DNA of 64,000 bases from an uncultured Gemmatimonadota bacterium (lineage in GTDB: Bacteria > Blakebacterota > Blakebacteria > Blakebacterales > Blakebacteraceae). A program made the translations under genes and the position numbers. This document shows positions 8,217-17,510 of the stretch, in pieces (position 1 is the stretch's first letter; each line of letters begins with the position of its first letter). Location: positions 14,838 through 78,837 of the forward strand of contig CAZWVF010000003.1 in assembly GCA_964637695.1 (NCBI GenBank). Reading direction: 5' to 3'. A model generated the notes under the pieces. It had not been told where the DNA came from. It saw only the letters and a program-made list of their open reading frames with translations, and searched no databases.

Positions 8217-9479
8217 ATGGAGCAGATCGATATGGCAGAAGAGAAGAAACAGCTCAGAAAGAAAATTGAAGCGACGACTGAGATGGCCCGGATAATGGGC
8301 GAATACTTTTATGAACTGGATAAGGCAGCGAAGTCACCCGAAAAGAAAGTGGCATGGTGCACCAGTGTCGGTCCCGCGGAGCTGCTGCGTGCAATGGGAT
8401 TCTACGTTCACTTTCCCGAGAACCACGGCGCCATACTGGGAAGCAGCCGGATGGCCTCCGACCTGATCCCCTATGCAAACGCTATCGGTTACTCGCCCGA
8501 TATCTGTTCATACCTGACCTCCGATGTCGGGGCATATCTGCAGGGAGTCACTCCTCTCTCCAGGGTATATGAGGGAATTGAAAGCATACCTGAACCAGAT
8601 GTCCTGGTGTTCAATACCAACCAGTGCAGGGCCGTTCAGGACTGGCTTGCCTGGTTTGGCAGGGAGTTCGACGCTCCGGTTCTGGGAATACATACACACA
8701 GAGGGATATCGGATGTTACCAACCTCCACATAAATTCGATAACCGCACAACTGGAGGCACTGGTCAATCCACTGGAGGAAATCATGGGAAGTCCTCTGGA
8801 TCCCGCCGAGCTGGAAAGGGTGGTGGGACTCTCCCGTGAATGTTCTGAATTATGGAAAAAGGTTCTGGATACGGCAGCAGCAAGGCCGTCTCCATTCACT
8901 TTCTTTGACGGTACCATTCACATGGGTCCGGCGGTCGTTCTGCGTGGAACCCAGCCGGCAATAGACTACTACAAACTGTTGCTGGCCGAACTTGAATCGA
9001 GAATATCCAGTGGTGAAGGGGCGGTAGAGGGAGAAGAGTTCAGACTTTACTGGGAGGGGATGCCGATATGGGGCAGGCTGCGCGCTCACTCCGAACTCTT
9101 TGCCTCCAACCGTGCGTGCGTGCTTGCCTCCACATACTGCAACAGCTGGATCTTCACCCGGTTCGATGGAGCTGATCCCTTCAAAAGCATGGCAAGGGCG
9201 TATACTGAACTATTCATCGTCCGTTCCGACGAGATAAAGGAGCAGTATATAAAGGAGATGTTCGACACCTTCCAGATCGATGGCATCATCTACCACGATG
9301 CCAGGACCTGTCTCGACAACACCAACAGCCGGTTCGGCATGCCTCAGAGACTGGAGGAGGAAACGGGTATACCGAGCCTGACCATAAATGGTGACCTGAA
9401 CGACCTCCGGTGTCTCAGTGATGAACAGACCAATACCAGTATCGAAGCGTTCATAGAGCAGCTCGAGGAGATGCGATAG
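8217..9479 (+). CDS. benzoyl-CoA reductase / 2-hydroxyacyl-CoA dehydratase-family catalytic subunit (paralogue of the C-terminal domain of 4194..6443)
   Basis: MEQIDMAEEKKQLRKKIEATTEMARIMGEYFYELDKAAKSPEKKVAWCTSVGPAELLRAMGFYVHFPENHGAILGSSRM. It shares the FPENH block and overall collinearity with the fused subunit. The track ORF extends to 8058 with a low-complexity Cys/Leu-rich N-terminus that overlaps the divergent gene and is judged spurious. Start at ATG 8217 or 8232. Confidence 0.75.
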   Translation: MEQIDMAEEKKQLRKKIEATTEMARIMGEYFYELDKAAKSPEKKVAWCTSVGPAELLRAMGFYVHFPENHGAILGSSRMASDLIPYANAIGYSPDICSYLTSDVGAYLQGVTPLSRVYEGIESIPEPDVLVFNTNQCRAVQDWLAWFGREFDAPVLGIHTHRGISDVTNLHINSITAQLEALVNPLEEIMGSPLDPAELERVVGLSRECSELWKKVLDTAAARPSPFTFFDGTIHMGPAVVLRGTQPAIDYYKLLLAELESRISSGEGAVEGEEFRLYWEGMPIWGRLRAHSELFASNRACVLASTYCNSWIFTRFDGADPFKSMARAYTELFIVRSDEIKEQYIKEMFDTFQIDGIIYHDARTCLDNTNSRFGMPQRLEEETGIPSLTINGDLNDLRCLSDEQTNTSIEAFIEQLEEMR

Positions 9480-9480
9480 C

Positions 9481-11559
9481 ATGCTCGATGCACTCTTCTT
9501 TCCGAAATCGGTTGCCGTAATCGGCGCATCGACAAAAGATCTGTCAATAGGCAACAGGATCATCAGGAACCTGCACGACTTCGGTTACAAAGGCTCCATT
9601 TATGCCATCAATCCCAGGGGAGAAGAGGTCAGAGGGCTGGAACCATTCGCGTCCATACTCGATGTTCCAGACGATGTTGAGCTGGTGCACATCGTTATCC
9701 CCTCGAAATATGTCCCCCAGGCTGTTGATGACTGCGGGAAGAAGGGTGTCAGGGTAGCGATCATCAACACTGCCGGTTTCAAAGAGGTGGGAGGGGAAGG
9801 TGTTGAGCTGGAGGATCAGGTTGTCGCCAAAGCCGGTGAGTACGGTATCAGGATTTTCGGACCGAACTGCCAGGGGATTATCAACACCGATCCCGATATA
9901 AGGGCTTACTGCAACTTCACATTCACACGACCTTCAGAAGGTTCCATCTCCATCGTTGCCCAGAGTGGTGGTGTAGGGGAGGTGCTGAACCAGCGATTCT
10001 CAGAGCTGGATGTTGGAGTCAGGATGTACGCCTCCAACGGCAATGCCTGCGACATTTCCATCCCCGAAGTAATCCGCTACTGGGGATCGGATGAGAAGAC
10101 CAGAGTGATCGTGGTTTACATAGAGAGTCTTGCCGATCCGCTCGAGTTCATGGAGGCAGCCAGGGAGGTAGCTGCCGGCAAGCCTGTCCTCGGCATGAAA
10201 GCCGGCCGGACGGCAGAAGGTGCCAGGGCTGTCTCCTCCCACACCGGAGGTCTGGCTCAGCAGGAGATCGCGATAGAACTGATATTCAATAAGACCGGTA
10301 TCGTGACCTTCCGGGACCAGGAGGAACTGTGTCAGGCGGCGGTGGCCTTTGCTTCTCAACCTGTTCCCGGTGGTAACAGGGTAGGGCTGATTACCAATAC
10401 CGGTGGACCGGCCATTATCGCGACAGACGAGCTGGTAGATGCCGGCCTGGTTATCCCTCCACTCTCTGATAAGGCCGAAAACATTCTTAAGGAAAAGCTG
10501 CATGCTGCTGCCTCCATTTCCAATCCGATAGACGTACTGGCAACTGCAGGAGCGGAACACTTCAAAGCGGCCGCTGATGTATTGATGGATGAAGAGGAGA
10601 TAGACAGCATATACATTAATTTCGTCACGCCTTTCTTCGTCGATAACGAAAGTGTCGCGCGGGTACTGGTAGAGGTTAACCAGGCCGGTTTCAAGCCCGT
10701 TGTCTGCAATCTCATGACCGACAGGGTTGAGTGGGCCGATACGCTCAGGATCCTGAAAGAGGGAGGGATCCCCTGTTACAGTTTCGCCGAAACTGCCGCA
10801 AAGGCTCTGGCTGCCATGACACGTTATGGCGGGCTGCGCTCCAGGAATGTGGGCGAATCCCCTGCCTTTGATGATATAGATCGTGTGCAGGCGGAGAAAG
10901 TCATTGAAAACGCCACGACCGGTGGAACAGGAATGTTGACTACCACGCAGGTACACAGACTGCTGGAGGCATACGGGATACCTGCCGCGGCCTGGAAGGT
11001 GGCAACATCCGCATCGGAAGCTGTCGCCGCAGCAGGGGAAATAGGTTTTCCGGTAGTTGTGAAAGTCGATTCCACGTCGATTGTTCACAAATCCGACGAA
11101 GGTGGTGTAGCAGTTGATCTGAGCGATGCAGAATCGGTTGAATCTGTTGTGAACGGGATGAACGAGAGATTTGGAGCCGACGATCTCAGGTTCCTGGTTC
11201 AGAAATATGTGCCGGGTGGGAGGGAAGTGATAATAGGGGCGACGGCTGAAGAAGGTCTGGGACACCTTATCATGATCGGACTGGGTGGCATCCTTGTTGA
11301 AGTTCTCAAGGATGTGTCGTTCGCGATAACCCCTGTGACGGAGTATGAAGCCCGGGAGCTGATGAGTTCACTTAAATCATATCCTGTACTGGAAGGGATT
11401 CGGGGTGAGGAGGGGGTCAACAGGGATGCACTGATCGGAATCGTGCTGAGGATCTCACAGATGGTTACCGATCATCCCTCCATTCGGGAGATTGACCTGA
11501 ATCCCGTTATCGCCTGTGAGAAGTATGTGTCTGTTGTCGATGCCAGGATCGTAATCTGA
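9481..11559 (+). CDS. acyl-CoA synthetase (NDP/ADP-forming), fused alpha+beta domains (Acd type)
   Basis: N-terminal CoA-binding VAVIGAS...IYAINP, succinyl-CoA-synthetase-like flavodoxin domain, then C-terminal ATP-grasp domain (GFPVVVKVDSTSIVHKSDEGGVAVDL). The start overlaps the stop of the upstream gene (TAGcATG), so translational coupling is likely. Confidence 0.85.
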   Translation: MLDALFFPKSVAVIGASTKDLSIGNRIIRNLHDFGYKGSIYAINPRGEEVRGLEPFASILDVPDDVELVHIVIPSKYVPQAVDDCGKKGVRVAIINTAGFKEVGGEGVELEDQVVAKAGEYGIRIFGPNCQGIINTDPDIRAYCNFTFTRPSEGSISIVAQSGGVGEVLNQRFSELDVGVRMYASNGNACDISIPEVIRYWGSDEKTRVIVVYIESLADPLEFMEAAREVAAGKPVLGMKAGRTAEGARAVSSHTGGLAQQEIAIELIFNKTGIVTFRDQEELCQAAVAFASQPVPGGNRVGLITNTGGPAIIATDELVDAGLVIPPLSDKAENILKEKLHAAASISNPIDVLATAGAEHFKAAADVLMDEEEIDSIYINFVTPFFVDNESVARVLVEVNQAGFKPVVCNLMTDRVEWADTLRILKEGGIPCYSFAETAAKALAAMTRYGGLRSRNVGESPAFDDIDRVQAEKVIENATTGGTGMLTTTQVHRLLEAYGIPAAAWKVATSASEAVAAAGEIGFPVVVKVDSTSIVHKSDEGGVAVDLSDAESVESVVNGMNERFGADDLRFLVQKYVPGGREVIIGATAEEGLGHLIMIGLGGILVEVLKDVSFAITPVTEYEARELMSSLKSYPVLEGIRGEEGVNRDALIGIVLRISQMVTDHPSIREIDLNPVIACEKYVSVVDARIVI

Positions 11560-11600
11560 AGTGTCCTGAGTCAGGGCACAAGGAGGGAGGGCAATACCAG

Positions 11601-13154
11601 GTGGCTGAATGGCTGAACCTTGGAGAGATATTAAGGGTAAATGCGGGCAAGTTCCGGGGGAAGATATGCCTGAAGGATGCAGAGCGAAGCCTTACTTTCG
11701 AAGAGGTCAACTCCAGGGTCAACCGTCTGGCTCAGGGGTTCCTGGATATCGGGCTGAAAAAGGGAGATCGTGTGGCGGTCTTCCTCGATAACTCGGTCGA
11801 GATCTGTGAAGTCTATTTTGCAGCAGCCAAAACCGGTGTCGTGGTTGCACCGATCAATTTCCGTCTCGATCCGAAGACAGTCTGTTATATTACCGACAAT
11901 TCCGATGCCAGGGCGCTGGTTGTGCACGATGAGTGGACGCCGATGTTCGATGAGATGAAGGGTGATCTGCCGCGTGTCGAACATTTCCTCAGCGTTGGTG
12001 AAGAGAGTTCCGGATGGACTGATTATGAAAGTTTTCTGAGCAGTTACCCCGATAAGGAACCACATGCAGCGGTCCTGCCCTCCGATCCATGGTTGCAGCC
12101 GTACACCTCAGGTACTACAGGGGTACCGAAGGGTATTGTCAGGTCCCACGAATCGTATATCGCCTTCTATCTGATCAACGCCGGTGATTTCGGTTTCACG
12201 AGCCGGGACATCTGCCTGAACGTCATGCCCCTCTGTCATGTGAACTCCACCTTCTTCACATTCACATTCACATATATAGGAGGCGCGGCGTATATCCACC
12301 CGGCCAGATCTTTCCAGCCACTGGAGATACTCGAAGTTATCGAGAGAGAGAAGATCACCTTCATATCCCTGATCCCGACCCACTATAACATCATCCTGAA
12401 CGCTCCAAGGGAGGAGGCCGAGAAGTACGACGTTTCCTCGATACGAAAACTTCTCTGTTCCTCAGCCCCTGTATTCGCCGAATGTAAAAAAGCCGTGATG
12501 GAGTTCTTCCCGGACGCCGAGCTCTATGAGGCATATGGTTCAACAGAGGCCGGCATAGTGACCACCCTCATGCCGTGGGATCAGATGAGTCATCTTGGAT
12601 CAATCGGAAAGGAATCGGCCGGTACAGACACAATCAAACTGCTCGACGAGGATGGCAATGAGGTCCCCGTGGGAGAGGTCGGGGAGATCTACTCCCGCAG
12701 CCCGATGATGTTCACCGAGTACTACAAGATGCCTGAGATGACCAGGATCTCATTCAGGGGTGATTATTTCTCAGCGGGTGATATGGGCAGAAAAGATACC
12801 GATGGTTACTACAGCATCGTCGACCGGAAGGACAACATGATCATCACCGGCGGTGAGCATGTTTACCCATCGGAAGTGGAGAGTGTCATATGCTCCCACC
12901 CGGGAGTTTTCAGTGCGGCGGTGATCGGACTGCCCCACGAGAAATGGGGTGAGGCAGTTACTGCCATCGTGGTTCCCAGGGATGATCATTCTCTGGAAGA
13001 GGAAGAGATTATCACTCATTGTGCCGGTGAACTGGCGTTATTCAAAAAGCCGAAGGCGGTAATATTCATTTCACAGGATGAGATGCCCACAACGGGCAGC
13101 GGCAAGATACTGCACCGGGTACTTCGAGAACGCTTCAGTGGCGGGCAGACCTGA
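11601..13154 (+). CDS. AMP-forming acyl-CoA ligase (aromatic/alicyclic acid-CoA ligase, BadA/AliA-like)
   Basis: AMP-binding signature YTSGTTGVPKGIV, YGSTEAG, GEIYSRSPMMFTEYYK, the hinge D...ITGGEHVYPSEVE, and the C-terminal GKILHRVL lysine motif. Confidence 0.85.
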   Translation: MAEWLNLGEILRVNAGKFRGKICLKDAERSLTFEEVNSRVNRLAQGFLDIGLKKGDRVAVFLDNSVEICEVYFAAAKTGVVVAPINFRLDPKTVCYITDNSDARALVVHDEWTPMFDEMKGDLPRVEHFLSVGEESSGWTDYESFLSSYPDKEPHAAVLPSDPWLQPYTSGTTGVPKGIVRSHESYIAFYLINAGDFGFTSRDICLNVMPLCHVNSTFFTFTFTYIGGAAYIHPARSFQPLEILEVIEREKITFISLIPTHYNIILNAPREEAEKYDVSSIRKLLCSSAPVFAECKKAVMEFFPDAELYEAYGSTEAGIVTTLMPWDQMSHLGSIGKESAGTDTIKLLDEDGNEVPVGEVGEIYSRSPMMFTEYYKMPEMTRISFRGDYFSAGDMGRKDTDGYYSIVDRKDNMIITGGEHVYPSEVESVICSHPGVFSAAVIGLPHEKWGEAVTAIVVPRDDHSLEEEEIITHCAGELALFKKPKAVIFISQDEMPTTGSGKILHRVLRERFSGGQT

Positions 13155-13185
13155 CAATCACTGATAACATAACGGGGAAAACATC

Positions 13186-14253
13186 ATGGAAGATGCGATG
13201 ACCATCAGAGGATGGATGATGACAGGTGCCGGTCAGCCTTTCGAAGAAGGCTCGATTCCGGTCGAATCGATACAGCCGGGTGAAGCTCTCATCGAAGTTG
13301 CCGGATGCGGTGTCTGTCATACAGATATCTCCTTCCTGCATTTTGGTGTCAAGACGCGCGCCGGGCTTCCCCTGGTCCTGGGGCATGAAATCAGCGGTAC
13401 GGTTGTGGAGGTCGGCGATGGGGTGGACGCTTCACTGGCCGGCAAACCGGTCCTTGTGCCGGCTGTCCTGCCATGCGGTGAATGCGAATTATGCAGGTCG
13501 GGTGACCTCAGAATCTGTCGTGCACAGATAATGCCCGGCAATGACCGGCATGGGGGCTTCGCATCTCATGTTGTTGTGCCGGCTCGTTATCTATGTCCGG
13601 TCGATGATACGGTACTGGCAGATCACAAACTGTGGGAGCTGGCAATCGTATCAGATGCCGTAACCACACCGTTTCAGGCTGTCAGACTTTCCAACCTCAA
13701 GGAGGACGATCTGGCGGTGGTTATCGGAACAGGTGGGATCGGGATCCATGCTGTGCAGATAGCAGCGGCGGTGGGAGCGAAAGTAGTGGCTCTCGATATT
13801 GATGATGTCAAACTGGATGTGGCTTCCAGGCATGGTGCCGATGCCGTTATCAATGTATCCGGTCTGGATATCAAAGAGATCAGGGGAAACCTCAAAGAAG
13901 AAGTATCACGCATCGGTGCACCGAAATTGAAATGGAGGATATTCGAGACATCCGGAGTGGGAGCGGGGCAGGAGCTGGCCTACTCCCTGCTCAATTTCGG
14001 AGCTCATCTGGCAGTTGTCGGTTTCACGATGGACAAGCTGGAGTTGAGGTTGAGCAATCTGATGGCATTCGATGCAACCGCCATGGGGAACTGGGGCAGC
14101 GATCCGACGCTCTATGCCGAAGTGCTCGACTGGATAGCCGACGGTAGAATCCAGGTTAAGCCATTTATTGAAAAACATCCTCTAAGTTCGATTAACGAGG
14201 TGTTTGATTCGGTGCATGCAGGAGAACTTCAGGGCAGGGCAGTTCTCGTTTAA
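13186..14253 (+). CDS. Zn-dependent alcohol dehydrogenase (MDR family; possibly a 6-hydroxycyclohexene-carbonyl-CoA dehydrogenase Had-like or secondary alcohol dehydrogenase)
   Basis: GCGVCHTDISF and GHEISGTVVEVG are catalytic Zn ligand motifs. The structural-Zn Cys cluster is CGECELCRSGDLRIC. Rossmann motif VIGTGGIGIHAVQIAAAVGAKV. Confidence 0.85.
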   Translation: MEDAMTIRGWMMTGAGQPFEEGSIPVESIQPGEALIEVAGCGVCHTDISFLHFGVKTRAGLPLVLGHEISGTVVEVGDGVDASLAGKPVLVPAVLPCGECELCRSGDLRICRAQIMPGNDRHGGFASHVVVPARYLCPVDDTVLADHKLWELAIVSDAVTTPFQAVRLSNLKEDDLAVVIGTGGIGIHAVQIAAAVGAKVVALDIDDVKLDVASRHGADAVINVSGLDIKEIRGNLKEEVSRIGAPKLKWRIFETSGVGAGQELAYSLLNFGAHLAVVGFTMDKLELRLSNLMAFDATAMGNWGSDPTLYAEVLDWIADGRIQVKPFIEKHPLSSINEVFDSVHAGELQGRAVLV

Positions 14254-14269
14254 TCAGAGGAGTTGTAGA

Positions 14270-14845
14270 ATGTCACTCACCGAATCGACAATGCTGCCAA
14301 TCGGCACTGTCGCTCCTGATTTCATTCTCCCTGACACCGACGGATCGAAGGTATCGCTGGAAGATCTGTCCGGCAATGTCGGGCTGGCAGTGATCTTCAT
14401 GTGCAACCACTGCCCCTACGTGAAACACATACAGTTCAAGCTGGCAGATCTGGCCTGGGAGTATCAGGAACCGGGGATTCAGTTCGTCGGAATCAACTCG
14501 AACGATATCGAGGCGTATCCCGAAGACAGTCCCGAGCTCATGAGAGATGATAAAGCACGGGTCGGCTATCCCTTCCCATATCTGTTCGATGAGACCCAGG
14601 ATATTGCCAAAGCCTACCGGGCAGCCTGCACACCCGACATCTACCTGTTCGACGGTGACAATAAACTTGTATACCGTGGCCAGTTCGACAGCAGCCGCCC
14701 GAATTCGGGTGACCCGACCGGCGAGGATCTCCAGGCAGCGATGGACGCTCTTCTGGACAACCTGCCGGTGCCGGAAGATCAGGTCCCGAGCATCGGATGC
14801 AACATCAAGTGGAAGCCGGGAAACAGTCCTGACTACTTCGAGTAG
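14270..14845 (+). CDS. thioredoxin-fold thiol-disulfide oxidoreductase (AhpC/TSA / thioredoxin-like family)
   Basis: AGAGGA RBS at 14256-14261 then ATG 14270. MSLTESTMLPIGTVAPDFILPDTDGSKVSLEDLSGNVGLAVIFMCNHCPYV contains the CxxC motif. The track ORF starts at 14204 and overlaps the ADH 3' end. Confidence 0.7.
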   Translation: MSLTESTMLPIGTVAPDFILPDTDGSKVSLEDLSGNVGLAVIFMCNHCPYVKHIQFKLADLAWEYQEPGIQFVGINSNDIEAYPEDSPELMRDDKARVGYPFPYLFDETQDIAKAYRAACTPDIYLFDGDNKLVYRGQFDSSRPNSGDPTGEDLQAAMDALLDNLPVPEDQVPSIGCNIKWKPGNSPDYFE

Positions 14846-14956
14846 TACTCGCTCAATGGGTACCGATCACAATAGATCTTCTTTCTGGTGCCCGCTCACC
14901 GTGCAACTATGGTCGATCCTGTAGAAGCGCTGAACTACGAGTAGGCTCGGGACACT

Positions 14957-17452
14957 CTAAAAGAGGTCGTCCAGTTCGTCCGCCGAGCCTTCCGGCATCT
15001 CTCCCTGCTCCTGAAGAGTCCTCTGCAGCAGTTCGCTCTCCAGTTTCGTAAACATCGGATCGAGCTGATAAATGAAGTAGGGGATACCCTCATCCTGGTT
15101 CAATCTGGCTGTAAGGGCCTCCACCAGGTCGGGAGCGCCGACAACGGCCACAACCTTTCCAGACGCATCCAATAGCTGGTATGCACCTGGTTCAGCCGGA
15201 ACTTCAGCAACCTGCCCGGCAGTGAAATCAAACCATTCACGCGGAGGCAGGGCAGCAGGCTCGATCTCCAGGCGGGTGTCGCAGCGCAGACAGCGGCCAC
15301 CTTCGGCTTCCGACCCGCTGCAGGTCAGACCCGGTTCCACGGTATTGAATGATCTGCGTTCTTCCAGGGCCGGCCGGGGCATCTCCTGCCGCTGCAACGC
15401 CGCGAATCCTTCTGCACACCCCGGATATGACGGAATTGAATCACGTTCAATCAATTGAAGCGAGATATCTCCGGAACCTCCCAGGAAGGAATCAACAGCT
15501 TCAGCAGTGCGTCTGGCGGAGGCAACAGCCTCTATAACCGATAGAGGGCCGGTGGCGAAATCGCCTGCAGCGAATACTTCCGGTCGATCAGTCGTGCCTT
15601 TCCCGGCATCGATCTTCAGAGGAGAGGCGTTGAAATCCCAGTCTGTCTCCTGACCGATAGCCAGGATCACACTGTCGGCGCGAAAGGAGCATTTTTCACT
15701 GTCGTCATATGTAGGAGAAAATCTCCCCTCCTGGTTAAAAACTGAGATACATCGTCTGAACTCGATACCCTTCACTGCTCCATCATCGCTGTGGATAGAA
15801 GTGGGTCCCCACCTGTGGTGGATGTTCACACCCTCTTCGAGGGCCTCCCTGATCTCCGTTTCGTATGCAGGTATCTCATCTTCAGATTCGAGGCAGAGCA
15901 GGTCGATCTTTTCGGCACCAAGTCTCCAGGCCGACCGTGCCACATCGATGGCAACGTTGCCGCCGCCTACGATCACACAACTGCCGTGCAGATCAGGAGC
16001 TGTTCCGATGTTGATCTCACGCAGGAATTCCAGTCCCCGGTAAACCCCGTCCAGATCGCTTCCAGGCAGGGGAATCGTTTTGCTCCGGCCGGCACCAATG
16101 GCGAGAAGCAGGGCGTTATACCCGTCGCCGAGCAGCTCCTCCACGGTCCCATCACTTCCCAGCTCGAAACCGGTGACTACTTCAATGCCAAGATCGGTGA
16201 TTTCGGTCAGTTCACGGTCCAGCCCCCCGCGTGGCAGTCGAAAGGCAGGGATGGCGGTCCGGAGCATGCCCCCGATACCCTCTTCTTTGTCCAGCAGTGT
16301 CACTCGATGTCCGGCAGCGATCAGGAAATAAGATGCCGTCAGCCCGGCCGGGCCGGCACCGATGACGGCAACTTTCTTCCCGGAGGGGGCGGGAGTCGGG
16401 AAGGCACTCTTCCACCTGCCGTCGTCCTCTTCGGCGGCTGTCCTCTTTATCGCCCTGATTGAAATCGGTTCGTTGATTTCACCGCGGCGGCAAACCTGCT
16501 CACAGGGGTGATAGCAGATGTGTCCGAGAGTGAAAGGCATTGGTGCACGTTCCCGAACGACAGCGGCAGCGTCGGCAAAGCGGCCTTCGGCTGCAAGGCC
16601 CACGTAGAGAGGCACGTCGGTTCCGGCAGGGCAGCCGGCCCGGCAGGCGACCAGTGCATCGTGTCGATCTCCTGCAGGAAGATCCCGGTCGCGCAGCGCA
16701 CCTGTTGGACAGACTTCCACGCAGGCTGTGCAGAAATGGCAGTCCGACTCGGCCAGTGAAGGAGCTTTCGCGCCGATCCAGACCCTGCCCTCACTGACCG
16801 TGAAGCCAATGGCGTCCACTCCGCGCAGATCCCTGCATGCTCTCACGCAGCGAGTGCAGCCGATGCACAGATTGTAATCACGCGTTAAGAGCGGATCACT
16901 GGTTGCCTGCGGTCTGTTTTCGGGATGGAAACGACCCAGATTGGCGGGCAGACCGACATATTCCGCAACCCTTTCAAGTTCGCAGTTGCCCAGCAGAGAG
17001 CAGCATCGTTCATCGACCGGGACATCTGTTGAACAGGGTTCCCTGCTGCAGCCGACCTTCTGTGCACACGTCAGGCATGCGTGAGGATGATGGTGGAAAA
17101 TCCCGGCCAGTTTCTCCCGGCGGAGTTCTTTCAGATCTTCTCTTTCGACCTGAACCTGCATGCCCTCTTCGACCCGGGTCATACAGGCTCGAACCGGTTC
17201 TGCCAATTCTTCCACGGCAACCATGCAGAGGCCGCAGCCTTCATCGGGTCTTTCAGCAGACCGGTCGGAGGTGATCTTCTCACTGCCCTGGAATACTTCG
17301 GGCCATTCTTCGAGACCGTCCCAGGGTGGCAGGCCGGGATGAGCGCAGAAGGCAGGTATGTAGAGACCGGCCCCCCTTGAAGCTTTCAGAATAGTGGTAC
17401 CGGATGGAACCTCGACGGCACTGCCATTAATAGTAAGCCTGACGCTGCTCAT
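14957..17452 (-). CDS. multidomain iron-sulfur flavoprotein. It has an N-terminal 2Fe-2S ferredoxin-like domain, NuoG/HndD-type 4Fe-4S modules and a GltD-like (glutamate synthase small-chain) FAD/NAD(P)H domain. It is probably an NAD(P)H:ferredoxin oxidoreductase serving the adjacent reductase.
   Basis: MSSVRLTINGSAVEVPSGTTILKA...CGLCMV (2Fe-2S), CIGCTRCVRACRDL and CHFCTACVEVCPTGAL (4Fe-4S), CRAGCPAG...HICYHPCEQVCRRGE, then VAVIGAGPAGLTASYFLIAAGHRVTLLDKEEGIGGMLRTAIP (GltD dinucleotide fold), and an acidic C-terminal ~150 aa of unknown function. All plus-strand ORFs between 15.2 and 17.4 kb are antisense shadows. Confidence 0.8.
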   Translation of the reverse strand: MSSVRLTINGSAVEVPSGTTILKASRGAGLYIPAFCAHPGLPPWDGLEEWPEVFQGSEKITSDRSAERPDEGCGLCMVAVEELAEPVRACMTRVEEGMQVQVEREDLKELRREKLAGIFHHHPHACLTCAQKVGCSREPCSTDVPVDERCCSLLGNCELERVAEYVGLPANLGRFHPENRPQATSDPLLTRDYNLCIGCTRCVRACRDLRGVDAIGFTVSEGRVWIGAKAPSLAESDCHFCTACVEVCPTGALRDRDLPAGDRHDALVACRAGCPAGTDVPLYVGLAAEGRFADAAAVVRERAPMPFTLGHICYHPCEQVCRRGEINEPISIRAIKRTAAEEDDGRWKSAFPTPAPSGKKVAVIGAGPAGLTASYFLIAAGHRVTLLDKEEGIGGMLRTAIPAFRLPRGGLDRELTEITDLGIEVVTGFELGSDGTVEELLGDGYNALLLAIGAGRSKTIPLPGSDLDGVYRGLEFLREINIGTAPDLHGSCVIVGGGNVAIDVARSAWRLGAEKIDLLCLESEDEIPAYETEIREALEEGVNIHHRWGPTSIHSDDGAVKGIEFRRCISVFNQEGRFSPTYDDSEKCSFRADSVILAIGQETDWDFNASPLKIDAGKGTTDRPEVFAAGDFATGPLSVIEAVASARRTAEAVDSFLGGSGDISLQLIERDSIPSYPGCAEGFAALQRQEMPRPALEERRSFNTVEPGLTCSGSEAEGGRCLRCDTRLEIEPAALPPREWFDFTAGQVAEVPAEPGAYQLLDASGKVVAVVGAPDLVEALTARLNQDEGIPYFIYQLDPMFTKLESELLQRTLQEQGEMPEGSADELDDLF

Positions 17453-17510
17453 TATATGACCTTATATGATCTTCATGGGGCTGGAACTAGCCACATGGGA
17501 TCCTTGAAGA

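Noticed and set aside
10000-11265. 421-aa minus-strand ORF
   Set aside because: It lies entirely antisense to the ADP-forming acyl-CoA synthetase gene. Its translation is low-complexity and Cys/Arg/Gly-rich with no motif.
15222-17380. Cluster of plus-strand ORFs (15222..15458, 15791..16462, 16508..16797, 16837..17274, 17081..17380) and small minus-strand ORFs inside 14957..17452
   Set aside because: All lie within or antisense to the 831-aa Fe-S flavoprotein gene, which has coherent domain motifs. None has an RBS or a recognisable motif.
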